A model generated the notes under the pieces. It saw only the letters and a program-made list of their open reading frames with translations, ran no database searches and was not told the origin of the DNA. A stretch of 64,000 nucleotides of DNA from the NCBI RefSeq assembly GCF_032444005.1, contig NC_091290.1, positions 133,610,001 through 133,674,000 on the forward strand. The letters run 5' to 3'. The translations under genes and the position numbers were made by a program. Numbering within the stretch: the stretch's first letter is position 1; each line of letters starts with the position of its first letter. The DNA is from Ranitomeya imitator (lineage: Eukaryota). Shown here piece by piece: positions 23,798-61,309 of the stretch.

Positions 23798-26707
23798 AAA
23801 CTCTATGTTGATGCCTTTGCCCAAAAAGCTCTACTTTTCTCTCATCTGACCAGAGAACATTCTTCCAAAACGTTTTAGGCTTCTTCAAATAAGTTTTGGC
23901 AAACTCCAGCCTGGCTTTTTTATGTCATGGGGTAAGAAGTGGGGTCTTCCTGGGTCTCCTACCATACAGTCCCTTTTCATTCAGACGCCGATGGATAGTA
24001 CGGGTTGACACTGTTGTACCCTCGGACTGCAGGGCAGCTTGAACTTGTTTGGATGTTAGTCGAGGTTCTTTATCCAACATCCGCACAATCTTGCGTTGAA
24101 ATCTCTTGTCAATTTTTCTTTTCCATCCACATCTAGGGAGGATGGCCACAGTGCCATGGGCTTTACACTTCTTGATGATACTGCGCACGGTAGACACAGG
24201 AACATTCAGGTCTTTGGAGATGGACTTGTAGCCTTGAGATTGCTCATGCTTCCTCACAATTTGGTTTCTCAAGTCCTCAGACAGTTCTTTGGTTTTCTTT
24301 CTTTTCTCCATGCTCAATGTGGTACACACAAGGACACAGGACAGAGGTTGAGTCAACTTTAATCCATGTCAACTGGCTGCAAGTGTGATTTAGTTATTGC
24401 CAACACCTGTTAGGTGCCACAGGTAAGTTACAGGTGCTGTTAATTACACTAATTAGAGAAGCATCACATGATTTTTCGAACAGTGCCAATACTTTTGTCC
24501 ACCCCCTTTTTTATGTTTGGTGTGGAATTATATACAATTTGGCTTTAGGACAATTCTTTTTGTGTTTTTTTTCATTTAAGACAAATTAAATGAAGATAAT
24601 AATACCAAATAATTTGTGTTTGCAATCATTTTCAGGAAGAAACTGAGTATTATCTGACAAAATTGCAGGGGTGTCAATACTTTCGCTATAGAAAAAAAAA
24701 AGTTTTATAACTTTCAAATAAACTTTTTCAGTGATGCGTGAATCTGCCAAAATTCTAATTTTGCCAGAAAATGACATATGCATGTTATACCTTGAATTGA
24801 TTTTGCTGATCTCCAGTATCTCTGCTGTCAGTGAATGGGTAAATTCTAGCTTATATCCAGAGGCTAAACATTTACAGACCAAATACTGGGGGGGGATGTG
24901 TTGTCCCCATGTCTATCCTGAAAGTGGGGAGATGCAGCTGCAAATTCAGACTGGTATCCTGCTCCGGGAATATTTCTTGCTATTCTGCAAGGCAAAAACT
25001 ACAATTGTATCTAGCAGTGGTGAACCTGCTGTAGTGGGAGGTCAGGGGGTCAATGCCAAAGGTCAGTCAAGTGGGAGGATCCTTGGTGCTGGAGTTGATG
25101 CATTGGTGCCATCGCCCCCTTCCTCCAGATTTTAGTATTTGGCCTACAGTTATATCTCCGGAGTACTGAGCATCCAGGTGTTCTTCATGAGAAAAGTATA
25201 ATAAACTTCTACCTTACCCCACAAGTAGTGGTGTTTCTTCCCTGAGGATTGAGCATGTTGAAAGCCAACTGCCCAATCCCTCTTCCTACCAACATTTTGG
25301 AGCAAATCTAGACACCCGCGTTTCTGATCAGAAAGTTGCCAAAATTGGTATTACATATAGGACCCATACCCATAGGGGAGAAAGTGCGTTGGTGATTGTG
25401 GGGGTATAGGCAGGACTTAACGTGGGGGCATCAGACGTAAGACGTATACGTGGGGGGCTGATAGTTCACAACCAGTTGTGATTTTGCAAAAAGGCTAAAG
25501 TTACTTCCCAGCCAATCAGATTGCTCCTCCCAGCTCAATCTATAATGCGATTGGCTCTTGTGGATGCCGCTGCTTTTTTTTTTTTTTTTTTTTGGATTGT
25601 ACCATTTTCCACCCGTTGAGTGGAATGACCCAGCCCAACTGTCACATCTGATCGCATCGCTCGCCGAGGACGACGCGATTAATGGCGGTGGGTGGTCGGA
25701 CTAATGTGAAATTATTTTTTTGCTGTTTGTAGGCAGATTAGACATGACTAAATAAAAAAAATAAGATTATAAAGTTTAGGGGGTAAGTAGTGGCCTAGAT
25801 CACAATCCAAGTCTTCCATTTGCCTCGGAGGGCGGCCATAAAGGACATGTACCCACTATGGGATGGCGTCTTATATACATACGCTTACCTGCGTGATCGG
25901 CAATGGCTCCTAGAAAAATATGTGTAAGAGGAACCTATTCCTCATGGGTGCAGAACGATGGGATCGAAATGCGTCAACTGGCCATACATGGGTCACACCG
26001 CCTGTATCTGATGCTTGTAATTAATGGGATACTGCTTATTAAAGTGGAATATAGTCGGCCGAATGAGCACCGACCCAACAGCTACCTAAGGGTACGTTCA
26101 CACTGGGCCTTTTTCCAGCAGTCAAAAAAGCTGAAAATGCTTTGAATTCCTGAAAATTATTTTTTCTAATTTTTGGGTAATTTCCTAAGTGTTTTTTTGC
26201 CGCTTTTTTTTTTTTCAGTTTTTTTTTTGAGGGGGGTTCACATTTCCATATTTTTTTGCAAATTGTTTCCCAAAAAAAAAATCAAGGGAATTTGTCCATT
26301 TTTGATCCAAGTCAAGGATTAAAATTATCAGTACAAGTCTGTGAGCCCTTAAAAATCACGGATCACGCAGATGCTTCTCCAGGAAGTTTTTGCAAATTGT
26401 TTCATGTAGAGCACCATGGAATTAATGGTGCTATATAAATAAATAATAATAATAATAATAAATTATTATTAATTTTTTTTTTGCATTCGAGAAAATCACT
26501 GGTAAAAACTGACACACGGACCAAACACCAATGAGAATCCGATCTAAAACACTGATGAAAATAGGTCAAATTTTTTCAAGTACAAATTCCCCCTCCAAAA
26601 ACTGATGTCTGAACAAGTCCTTAGTTCTTAACGTGTTTGAGTTAATGTATTGGTCAGTTTAATCTTTGTTTCATCTATTTTTTAAGCTTTTCTTTGTGTC
26701 TGGAAAG

Positions 26708-51092
<24,385 letters not shown>

Positions 51093-51151
51093 TGCTCCAT
51101 CCCATACAAGAAGTTATGAGACTACAGAAAAAAAGAAAAGTTCAACTTGGA

Positions 51152-51157
51152 AATAAA
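51152..51157 (+). terminator. Poly(A) signal AATAAA of nup210l
   Basis: About 60 nt after the stop codon at 51090-51092. Confidence 0.65.
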
Positions 51158-51625
51158 AGTTAATTTGGTTTGAGATTGTTTTTGTTGGTTATTTACTGAG
51201 CAGAGAGAAAAGAGCAACAAGGTTGTAAAAGTGCGACCTACAGTCCTATAATAGTCCTATAATATACAGTTTATTTCCTATGTATGTATTGGAACAACGC
51301 ACAAAAAATAGAGGAAAATTGGACAAAATTTCACACAAAACCCCCAAAATGAGGAAGTGATGATAGAAAACGATACTACGGTGGAGTCAGCGTCTCCCTT
51401 CCACCTCTGTTATTTATTGGAAGTTGTGAGGTTTTCAGAAGGATCCTGATTTTAGGAATGAGGGGGGAGGATCTGGTCCGTGAGTTATTATTTAACTCTC
51501 TCCTGAAGGGGAAGAGGGAGAGAAAATATAGAAAATGTCAGGTCATCACGGCTGGGGTGAGAGAGGTTGTATGGACCAACATTAGTGAGGGAGATTCGGC
51601 TTACAAGTCATGGTGCATCTGTTTG

Positions 51626-51737
51626 TGGAGGAAGAGGAGGAGGACGAGGAACAGGAGGAAGAGGAGGAGGACGAGGAACAGGAGGAAGAGGAGGAAGAGG
51701 AGGAGGACGAGGAACAGGAGGAAGAGGAGGAAGAGGA
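51626..51737. repeat. Purine-rich (GAG/GAA) simple repeat
   Basis: GAGGAAGAGGAGGAGGACGAGGAACAG units. Confidence 0.9.
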
Positions 51738-51884
51738 ATGTCATCAGTGGTTTTATCATATGGTTCTATCTATACTGTATGTAGTTTTTAAGAACTGTGA
51801 TATGAGGCCTGATGTTGGGGGCTGTGGGCCTCCGTGACAATGAGGCCCAGTAGTCAATACAGTCCCTAAAGTTATGCTACTGTC

Positions 51885-52195
51885 AGTTCCCCCATAACAG
51901 TGCCAGCCACAATGCCCCCAAACAATATCTAATTATAGTGCCCCCATAACAGTGCCAGCTACAATGCCCCATGCAATATCTAATTACAGGGCCCCATAAC
52001 AGTGCCAGCTACAATGCCCCCATACAATATCTAATTACAGTGCCCCCATAACAGTGCCAGCTACAATGCCCCATACAATATCTAATTACAGTGTCCCCAT
52101 AACAGTGCCAGCCACAATGCCCCCATACAATATCTAATTACAGTGCCCCCATAACAGTGCCAGCCACAATGCCCCCATACAATAACTACAGTGCT
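51885..52195. repeat. Minisatellite, about 45 bp unit (CCCCATAACAGTGCCAGCTACAATGCCCCATACAATATCTAATTACAGTG)
   Basis: About 6-7 tandem copies. Confidence 0.9.
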
Positions 52196-53259
52196 GCTAT
52201 AAAAGAGCTGGCTGCAATGCCTCCATAACAGTGCCAACCTTAGCACCCTCACACAATAGTAAACTCCAGAGCTGGCTGCAGAGCCCCCTACCATAGCCCC
52301 CCACAGTGCTCTTATAAGATTACTCGCAACATTGTTCCCATAATCGCCAACTAGTGACCCCATAACAAAGCCACCTGTGTATGGTATAGCCAGTAACTAT
52401 GCCCCCAATACACAATGCCCACATATTAGTGCCCCCACAATAGATCCATGGCCACTGACACCTTAGTGCCACGGATGGTGGGTACAGTTGCCCGCTGTCA
52501 CCAGTGCCGCTCCTGTGTGGATATCCTGCATTATTACGTATGTTTCTCCAGGTTCGAGAGGTTGGGAGATTTGCTGGTTGTTTGCTCGGAGAATAATCTA
52601 TTGTAATGTATTGTCCTTATCTATTATTAACGACCCTGCCCGACTTCACTTGAAAAGGCCGCAGGCCACAAAGGTACTACAATATGTTACATCTGCAGCA
52701 GGAACATGGAAATGTAATGCTTAAAGGTGCCCATACACACCTGTGCAGCAGTTACTCCTAACAAACCTCTTTTCCCAGGTATGCTCGGTTAGCGGAGTGT
52801 ACATGTGTTTTCCATGGGGAGAGGAAAGTAAGCTGCTCACACTAGACATCTCACCTCTCCTCTCCTGAGAATAAAAGAATAGGCCTGTGAAATTAAACAT
52901 GGCCGAACCTTCTTCCCCAGATATCACACTGAACATACAAGAGTTGCTACCGGAGGGGCAGAGGTCAGGGGCAGGTCACCATGGACCCCTGACTTGGAGG
53001 GTCCTACCCAGAGCGACCACTACCCTCAACTGTATCGGTGTGCGCACAATGGTCTCCCTGCACTACCGCTCTCCTTTCCGTAGTCCACAGGTCGCTTTAG
53101 GCCTTCAGAATGGTAAGTCCTAGGAGGAGCGATGTGATGAGGAACATGCACATGACATCAGAGCGCAGGTGCGACTACATCACCGAGTGCTCTGTCAGTG
53201 ACCTGCCGCTGGAATCACAGTAGTTAGGGGAGTACATGTTGTTTATTTTTTATTTTAAT

Positions 53260-55935
53260 ATTGTGTGAGCTGTGGGGACATCATTCTGTAGAGGGGAGCT
53301 GTGGGTCTACCATACTGCGCATATAGACACTGTGGAGACAACATATTGTGTATAGGGGAGATGTGGAGACACCATACTATGTATAGGGGAGATGTGGAGA
53401 CATCATACTGTGTATAGGGGAGATGTGGAGACATCATACTGTGTATAGGGGAGATGTGGAGACAACATATTGTGTATAGGGGAGATGTGGAGACAACATA
53501 CTATGTATAGGGGAGATGTGGAGACATCATACTGTGTATAGGGGAGATGTGGAGACAACATACTGTGTATAGGGGAGATGTGGAGACAACATACTGTGTA
53601 TAGGGGAGATGTGGAGACACCATACTATGTATAGGGGAGATGTGGGGACATCATACTGTGTATAGGGGAGATGTGGAGACATCATACTGTGTATAGGGGA
53701 GATGTGGAGACATCATACAGTGTATAGGGGAGATGTGGAGACACCATACTATGTATAGGGGAGATGTGAGGACATCATACTGTATAGAGGGGGCTGTGGT
53801 TGTACCATACTGGGTATATAGAAGCTGTGGAGACAGCATACTGTGTATAGAGGAGATGTGGGGACATTATACTATGTATAGCGGAGATGTGGGGACGTCA
53901 TACTGTATAGAGGGGAGCTGTGAGAACATCATTCTGTATAGAGGGGAGCTGTGGGTCTACCATACTGTGTATATAGAACCTGTGCAGACAACATATTGTG
54001 TATAGGGGAGATGTGGAGACACATCGGGGTGATCCTCGACTCTGCCCTCTCTTTCAAGCCACATATCCAAGCCCTTGCCTCCTCCTGTCGTCTCAAACTC
54101 AAAAATATTTCCCGAATCCGTGCTTTCCTTGACCGCAACACTGCAAAAACGCTAGTGCATGCCCTTATCATCTCCCGCCTCGACTACTGCAACCTCCTAC
54201 TCTCTGGACTGCCCTCTAGCACTCTGGCACCACTCCAATCCATCCTACATTCTGCTGCCCGACTAATCCACCTGTCCCCCCGCTAATCCCCAGTCTCTCC
54301 CCTATGTCAAGCCCTTCACTGGCTTCCTATCGCCCAGAGACTCCAGTTCAAAACCCTCACACTGACATACAAAGCCATCCACAACCTGTCTCCTCCATAC
54401 ATCTGTGACATGGTCTCCCGGTACCTACCTACGCGGAGCTGTGGGGACATCATTCTGTAGAGGGGAGCTGTGAGTCTGCCATACTGTGTACATAGAAGCT
54501 GTGGAGACAACATACTGTGTATAGGGGATATGTGGAGACACCATACTATGTATAGGGGAGATGTGGGGACATCATACTGTATAGAGGGGAGCTGTGGGGA
54601 CATCATTCTGTAAGTTCATTATGTGGGTGTACCATACTGTGCATATAGAAGCTTTGGAGACAGCATACTGCGTATAGGGGAGATGTGGAGACATCATACT
54701 ATGTCTAGAGGAGATGTGGGGACATCATACTGTATAGAGGAGAGCTGTGAGAACATCATTCTGTGTAGAGGGGAGCTGTGAGTTTACCATACTGTGTACA
54801 TAGAAGCGGTGGAGACAATATACTGTGTGTAGGGGAGATGTGGAGACACCATACCATGTATAGGGGAGATGTGGGGACATCATACGGTATATGGAAGATG
54901 TGGGGACATCATGATATGCATAGAGGAGCTTTGGAGAACACATACTGTGTATAGGGGAGATGTGGAGACATCATATTATGTATAGGGGAGATGTGGGGAC
55001 ATCATACTATGTATAGAAGAGGTGTGGGGACGTCATACTGTATGTAAGGGAGCTGTGGGTCTATCATACTGTATATAGGGGAGCTGTGGTGACATCATAC
55101 TGTATAGATTAAAGATTTAGGAACATCATAATGCATATAGTAGAGCTGTAGGAACATCATACTGTGCAGAGGGGAGCTGTGGGGACATCATACTATGTTG
55201 AGAGAGCTGTGTGAGCGTTATACTGTGTACAGGGAAGCTACAGATATATACTGTGTAGAGGGGAGATGTAGGGACATCATACTAACTATAGTGGAGCTGT
55301 GGGGACATCATACTTTGTATAGAGAGATGTGTGGGCATTATACTGTGTACAGGAGAACTATGGGGATATCATATTGTGTATACTGCATACGTAGGGATAT
55401 CATACTAGGTATAGTGGAGCTGTGGGGACATAACACTGTGTATAGACAGCTGTGTGGGCATTATACTGTGCAGAGTGGAGCTGTGGGGACATAATACTGT
55501 GTATAGGGAGATGTGTGGGCAATATATTGTGTACAGGGGAGCTATGGAGATATACTGTGTAGAGGGGAGATGTAGGGGCATCATACTAGGTATAGTGGAG
55601 CTGTGGGGACATCATACTATATAGAGAGCTGTGTGGGCATTATACTGGAGTGGAGCTGTGGGGACATAATACTATATAGAGAGCTGTGTGGGCATTATAC
55701 TGGAGTGGAGCTGTGGGGACATAATACTATATAGAGAGCTGTGTGGGCATTATACTGGAGTGGAGCTGTGGGGACATCATACTATATAGAGAGCTGTGTG
55801 GGCATTATACTGGAGTGGAGCTGTGGGGACATCATACTATATAGAGAGCTGTGTGGGCATTATACTGGAGTGGAGCTGTGGGGACATCATACTATATAGA
55901 GAGCTGTGTGGGCATTATACTGGAGTGGAGCTGTG
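53260..55935. repeat. Large minisatellite, about 33 bp unit (GGGGAGATGTGGAGACATCATACTGTGTATA) grading into a roughly 55 bp variant
   Basis: Tandem units seen directly, interrupted by an L2 fragment. Confidence 0.95.
54022..54434 (+). mobile_element. L2 (CR1-superfamily) LINE fragment inside the minisatellite
   Basis: GVILDSALSFKPHI...LVHALIISRLDYCNLLLSGLP...LHWLPIAQRLQFK is the L2 RT C-terminal domain. Confidence 0.92.
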
Positions 55936-56772
55936 GCCAAAGTAGGTATCAAGCAGCTCTCCTTTTAAATATAGTTTTACACAGTTTTTTCTGAGGACTT
56001 AGGAGCGGATCCGTTTAATTATCCACATCAAAGCATATTATAAGAGCATTTGAGGGTTTTTTGAAGTAGTTTTTAAAGAGTATCTGCTCCAAAATCCAAG
56101 TAAAAAAAACTCTGTGCAAACAAGCATTAAAAAATATCACAAATAAACCTAAGGAGTAGAATGAACAAGTCGACTGAAGGGGGAAGGGGAGGGATTGCCG
56201 CATCGATTTCATGTCATTTAATGGGATTACAGGGGTTTCCATATGAAGTAAGCTTCTTCTCAAAGAGAACAAACAAGTCATATGGAAACACGCTGCGGGA
56301 CATTCACATCTGTCACATGTAGGAGAGTCATAAACACCGGGCTCACGGTGTCATCAACCGTGGACTCCATGCATTTGGGGGTCATGGCTGCGACCCACTG
56401 TTCCCACCCTAAACCTTGACCCGAAGCCTCAACACCCACCTCCATGTAACCCAGGATGCCTAACGATGAGTGCATCTTCCCACTAATCATCTCATGGACA
56501 AACTCAAGATTACCAGCTGGAAGAAATACATGTAGGCGATCCGATGTGTCAGTCATGAGAAATCTAGTAAAGAAGCCATATGCAAATCAGGCTGTTAGTG
56601 CACTGGGGGCGTGTCCATGCACGGGGGCGTGTCCGTGCACTTGAACTGCTTCTTCCACATTCCCAGAGCACTTCCAGCCTGATTTGCATATAGCTTCTAT
56701 GCTAGATTTCTCATGAGTGGCATATCGGATCTCTACAAAAAAAAAAAAAGGTATCATTTTGTTTCTGATTTT

Positions 56773-56916
56773 NNNNNNNNNNNNNNNNNNNNNNNNNNNN
56801 NNNNNNNNNNNNNNNNNNNNNNNNNNNNNNNNNNNNNNNNNNNNNNNNNNNNNNNNNNNNNNNNNNNNNNNNNNNNNNNNNNNNNNNNNNNNNNNNNNNN
56901 NNNNNNNNNNNNNNNN
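56773..56916. other. Assembly gap (N run)
   Basis: Run of N bases. Confidence 1.
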
Positions 56917-59900
56917 TAAATGACAATTAAAGGGTATTTTCACCTTAAAATAACAGTGAAAGACTAATGCTACGCTCCCATGATGAGTTTTTGTAGATTT
57001 TTTTTATGCTGCGTATTTTCAAAAAAAATGCAAGTAATCGATTTTATTTAGTGGGTGCAGAAGATCTGCAACAGTAAAAACTCAGCCAAAGCTCATTTGT
57101 GGGAACATAGCCTAAACATGGGTATTACCCCCAATTCACAAATCTAAAGTTATGGCACCAAAACCCATACATAACACAGCTGATGAGACGTCTGCAGCAT
57201 TTTCTATAATCATGTGTTTTATATATAGAGCCAAGAGGGAAGTGAGAGTACGGCTCGGGTCACACCAGTGTATATTCTCTCATCCAAAAAAGAACACTAA
57301 ACGGAGTTAGATCTGATTCTCTCGGACGAGGAGAAGATGGGAAAAAAAGGGTCTACATCCTCTTATCTTCACCATTCTGTCAGTCCATGGAAATTGGACT
57401 GCAATCAGATGTCATCAGAGTGCAGTGTGACGGTTTCCTTGGACTCATTGACTTGCACGCACGAATGTCAGATCAAACTCAAGAGCAAAAAAAAGTGTCC
57501 TCAGCTATTCAGAGAGCAGTATAATCTACAGCTGAACGACCTTCCAATAAGTGATCCCCAGAGTATTCCTGACCCCAAAACTTCCCTGAAAAAAATGTGA
57601 CCCCTAATCTAGCACCGTTACAAATTAACATCTGCACCTCAGGCTAATGGACGCTGCAAACAAGCAATTGTAAGGGTAGGATCGCTCATACTCTGATGCA
57701 CAAGTTATGCTAAACCTTATCCAGGAGTCGTTGTGTGACCGCTGCAGTCAATCACTGGCTGCAGTGATGTCCATCACCTGGCAGAGGGAGGACAGGCTGG
57801 TGACCCAGGCATAGGTGCGGAGGAGCGGCCGGGAATTGGTAGGTATGTTTTCTTTTTCATTTTGACACCATGCCGGCCATACACATCATTATTATTATTT
57901 ATTATTATACATCCTCCTCTCTCCCCATTGAAATCACATGAACGCTCGGCCGATCTCATGTGCATGGAGGAATTGGAAGAGATCTGCTGCACCAACACTT
58001 GGCGAACCCTGGAAACCACCCAAAATTTAAAAACCCCTCACTATAAAGTTACGGGTGATCCATCAGGTTTTCTTTCATTACATGTATGTGTTATATACTT
58101 TTTCATGGCAGTCCAACAATCCAGAACACAGCCAATTATGCGGACCCCAAGTCCCTTCATGCCACACTTTACTCTATTTCTATACAAATGTAGTAATAAT
58201 GAATATTCCTATATAAACCTCTACGGAGGCGGAGCAGGAAAGTCCCACATCTGACCAACACTAATTAATGGTTTTCACACCGCGGCTTTAGGTTTCCCCA
58301 CTTCCTTTTCTGGTCATACGGATTTATTTTGTTTTCTTAACTGCTGGATATGAAACTTTAGATTTGTGCACACGGCTGACATTAAGCAATTGCTAAAATG
58401 TGGGCATTTCGTTAAAGGGGTTTTCCATATTCCCCTTTAGGATAGAAGGGCACGGCAGAGGAAAGACCACCACTGTGGACCCTCCGTGAAGCACAGCTGA
58501 CATTTCCATTGAAATCGCATTATGCTATTAATTTTATTATGGTTGACCTTCACTGGTCGAGGAGTTTGATGGCCCTATACATTATACTCGGTCAATCCCA
58601 CCAGATTAGGCAGCGTGCATGGAGTAATGCTGACCGTGCCCCGGCTGGCGAGGAGCCTGGCAGCCACTGATCTCCCCTCCCCCAGTATCCCCACCTTAGA
58701 AAGTGATCACTAGGATACACCACGGTTCCATGATCTCAGGTTAGACCTCAGAATAACGGGGAAAGCGCCGTTTAGCAATATGTCCTCTTTACTGTTTTCC
58801 TTTGCACAGTGGCACCCAAGCCATCCACCATGCTGGAAACTGCAGCATGTCCCATGGAAGTCAATGGTTACACTTAAAAGGGGATGCGGCACTTAATCAG
58901 AACTTTGGTCCCTTCTTTCTCGGGATCAGTGGATGTTCAGGAGGTTAGACCACCACAGATCAAAAATAGATGGGCTATCCTAGAGATGGCTAAACCCCTT
59001 TAAGGGTAGGTGCAGAGAATCAAGTCGATTTTGCCAATCACAGTCTGATCAGTGTGTGATTTATTTCTCTTGGATGAGATGATTGAGAAAAAAAAAATGT
59101 CTCCATCTTCTCCATTGTATCAGCCCATGAAAATCTTACTGCACTCAGATGTCATCCGTGTGCAGCCCGATGTTTTCACTGATTCATTGACTTCTCTGGC
59201 CAAGTGCGTTCCTAATATTGGATCCAACTCGGGCATGCTGTGATTTTTTTTTTTTTTTTTGTAGAGCCCCCATACTGAGGAACATTGGGGGTCTCATAGG
59301 TAGGACCCCAGCGATCAGTAAGTTATCATATGGATAGAGGATAACTTATTAGCTAGGGAATAAGTGTTAAAGACCCAATGAAGGTGAGTTGGCGCTTGTT
59401 AAACAGCGGTCATGAGTGAAGCCTAGAAGAAATGATAAATTCTGCTGCCCCTTCAATCAGTATATAGCAGCCCCCCAAAGTGCCATTTATAGTAGTGGCA
59501 ATGCCCATATCTGGACCCCCATGTACCTTCGTAGTGCCCGGCTTCAGACTGTGCACCGCCGCCTACAATTCAAAGAGGAAAACATGTAAGTACAAGAAAT
59601 ATTGTCATTGAATTCAGTCACTTGTCTGATTCTGGAAAAGCTGGGTGAGCTCATTGTGTACTAGGCCACTATTTTTTTCCCCAGAACTGCCCCCCAATTT
59701 TTAAATGTGTAAAATATGAGCATGTCCTTGTCCAAAATGAGGAAGGGTTTATGTAAACCTCACCCAAAACTGGGCATAGCCGCTGTTTTGGGGGGGCATT
59801 CATGGGTGCAAAGACTTAACCCTGGGATGCAGCGTTTAATTACGGTCATTGGTGGTGGTGGGGGACACATTTTTGGCTGTGAGGGGGTAGTAGGTACTCG

Positions 59901-60229
59901 AGTCATTTTTTTGGCTGCAGTGATGTATTATGGGTAATAGCCAATGACTAATTGGCCAACTTTAATAACCATAAAACCCGCCGTGCGCTCAGGACCCTGA
60001 CCTTGCGGCCGCCATCTTTGTACACCCTCGACTTTTCCAGATATACATATAAAAGTTTACTTAATCATAATAATTGGCAAAAAAAATGAAAACATCATAT
60101 TGACCTGCAAAAAAAATCCTCAGAAAAAGCAAAAAATAAATAAACAAATCTCCTCACAAGGAGAAACAAGCAGGAGCCGCTCAGATTCCTCTTCTGGGTG
60201 ATAATGATATCCCCTGGTCACGTGGGCCT

Positions 60230-60416
60230 CACTGGGTGAGGCGGGGCAAAGAATTTATAATGATGATTGACGTTAGAGTCGGCCAATCCGCACGCTCACC
60301 TGCCTACGTCACGCTCGGCCGGGCTCACCTGGCTCTGGAGTCAGAGCGAAGCGTGCGAGGAGCCGGACGGGTGTGTGCGACTCTGCTGGGGCCGGTGCGG
60401 GCGCGGTACCGTACAC
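60230..60416 (+). promoter_or_regulatory. CpG-rich E-cadherin-like promoter and 5' UTR
   Basis: GC box GAGGCGGGGC (about 60239), CCAAT 60283-60287, E-boxes CACCTG at 60297-60302 and 60326-60331. GGGCTCACCTGGCT (60321-60334) matches the proximal E-box context I recall for the human CDH1 promoter. Confidence 0.7.
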
Positions 60417-60479
60417 ATGGGGGCACACAAGTCACCCTTCCCGGGCTGGAGCCCCGGGGCTGTGCTGTGCGCTTTACAG
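60417..60479 (+). CDS. Probable exon 1 (signal peptide MGAHKSPFPGWSPGAVLCALQ) of a second type I cadherin (cdh1/cdh3-like); remainder outside the window
   Basis: ATG, 21 codons, phase-0 donor CAG|gtaagt. Ends xLCxLQ like the Xenopus EP/C-cadherin leader and lies behind a CDH1-type promoter. Exon 2 was not found in the window. Confidence 0.62.
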
Positions 60480-61137
60480 GTAAGTTATTACCCCTCAGTA
60501 ACGGTGGGCGCGGTGGGAGCGGCCTCTGACACGTTGTGGGGGAGAGAGCGGTCGGACGGAGGATCAATCGCTTTTAGATTAAATGTGCGGATTTTTATTT
60601 AACCCTTTAATTGTAAGATTTTTTTTTTTTAAATTATGAAGTTTTTACTTTTAGTTTCACACTAATTTTATTAATTGGGGTCATCTTTGTATATTCTTAA
60701 TATTTGTGTAGTATTAATAATAATTCCCTACAAATCCTAATGGGGATATCAACATAGATGACCCCAGAAAAAAAAAAAAAAATTTATATATATATATATA
60801 TATATATAATCCAAATCTCTGTAGGATATTGAAAAATCCTTATGTATCCAATAAATTACTCTAATGCCTTAAAAAGAAAAAAAACAACTTATTAAATCAT
60901 TTCTGCCCAACATTTTCCTTCTTCAGGGGTGGGAGTTTAATGTAATATTGTGCCTGGCAGTGTAACTGGTCATGGAATCTGTTCTTGGTCCACATGGAGC
61001 GGGTGGAGAAGTCTCTGGGGACACCATCTATTAACAAAAGTATAATATGCAACATATATGCCCAGCTTCTCTTGTTTTCTAACTCTTCTGTGTGCTGAGA
61101 TGTCTGCACACATTGTATGGAAAACCTCACCTGCATT

Positions 61138-61302
61138 NNNNNNNNNNNNNNNNNNNNNNNNNNNNNNNNNNNNNNNNNNNNNNNNNNNNNNNNNNNNNNN
61201 NNNNNNNNNNNNNNNNNNNNNNNNNNNNNNNNNNNNNNNNNNNNNNNNNNNNNNNNNNNNNNNNNNNNNNNNNNNNNNNNNNNNNNNNNNNNNNNNNNNN
61301 NN
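61138..61302. other. Assembly gap (N run)
   Basis: Run of N bases. Confidence 1.
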
Positions 61303-61309
61303 ACCGGCC

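Noticed and set aside
24700-25420. ORFs 24586..24882 and 24731..25135
   Set aside because: No clear family match; possibly an old LINE remnant, too degenerate to call.
51458-51837. Poly-Glu, poly-Arg and RGG-type ORFs
   Set aside because: All are translations of one purine-rich simple repeat downstream of the nup210l poly(A) signal.
59535-59588. Exon-like segment ending AAAACAT|gtaagt
   Set aside because: Isolated, no recognisable peptide and no partner exons.
51200-60200. RPS27, RAB13 or TPM3 exons expected from mammalian NUP210L synteny
   Set aside because: No matching peptides recognised on either strand.
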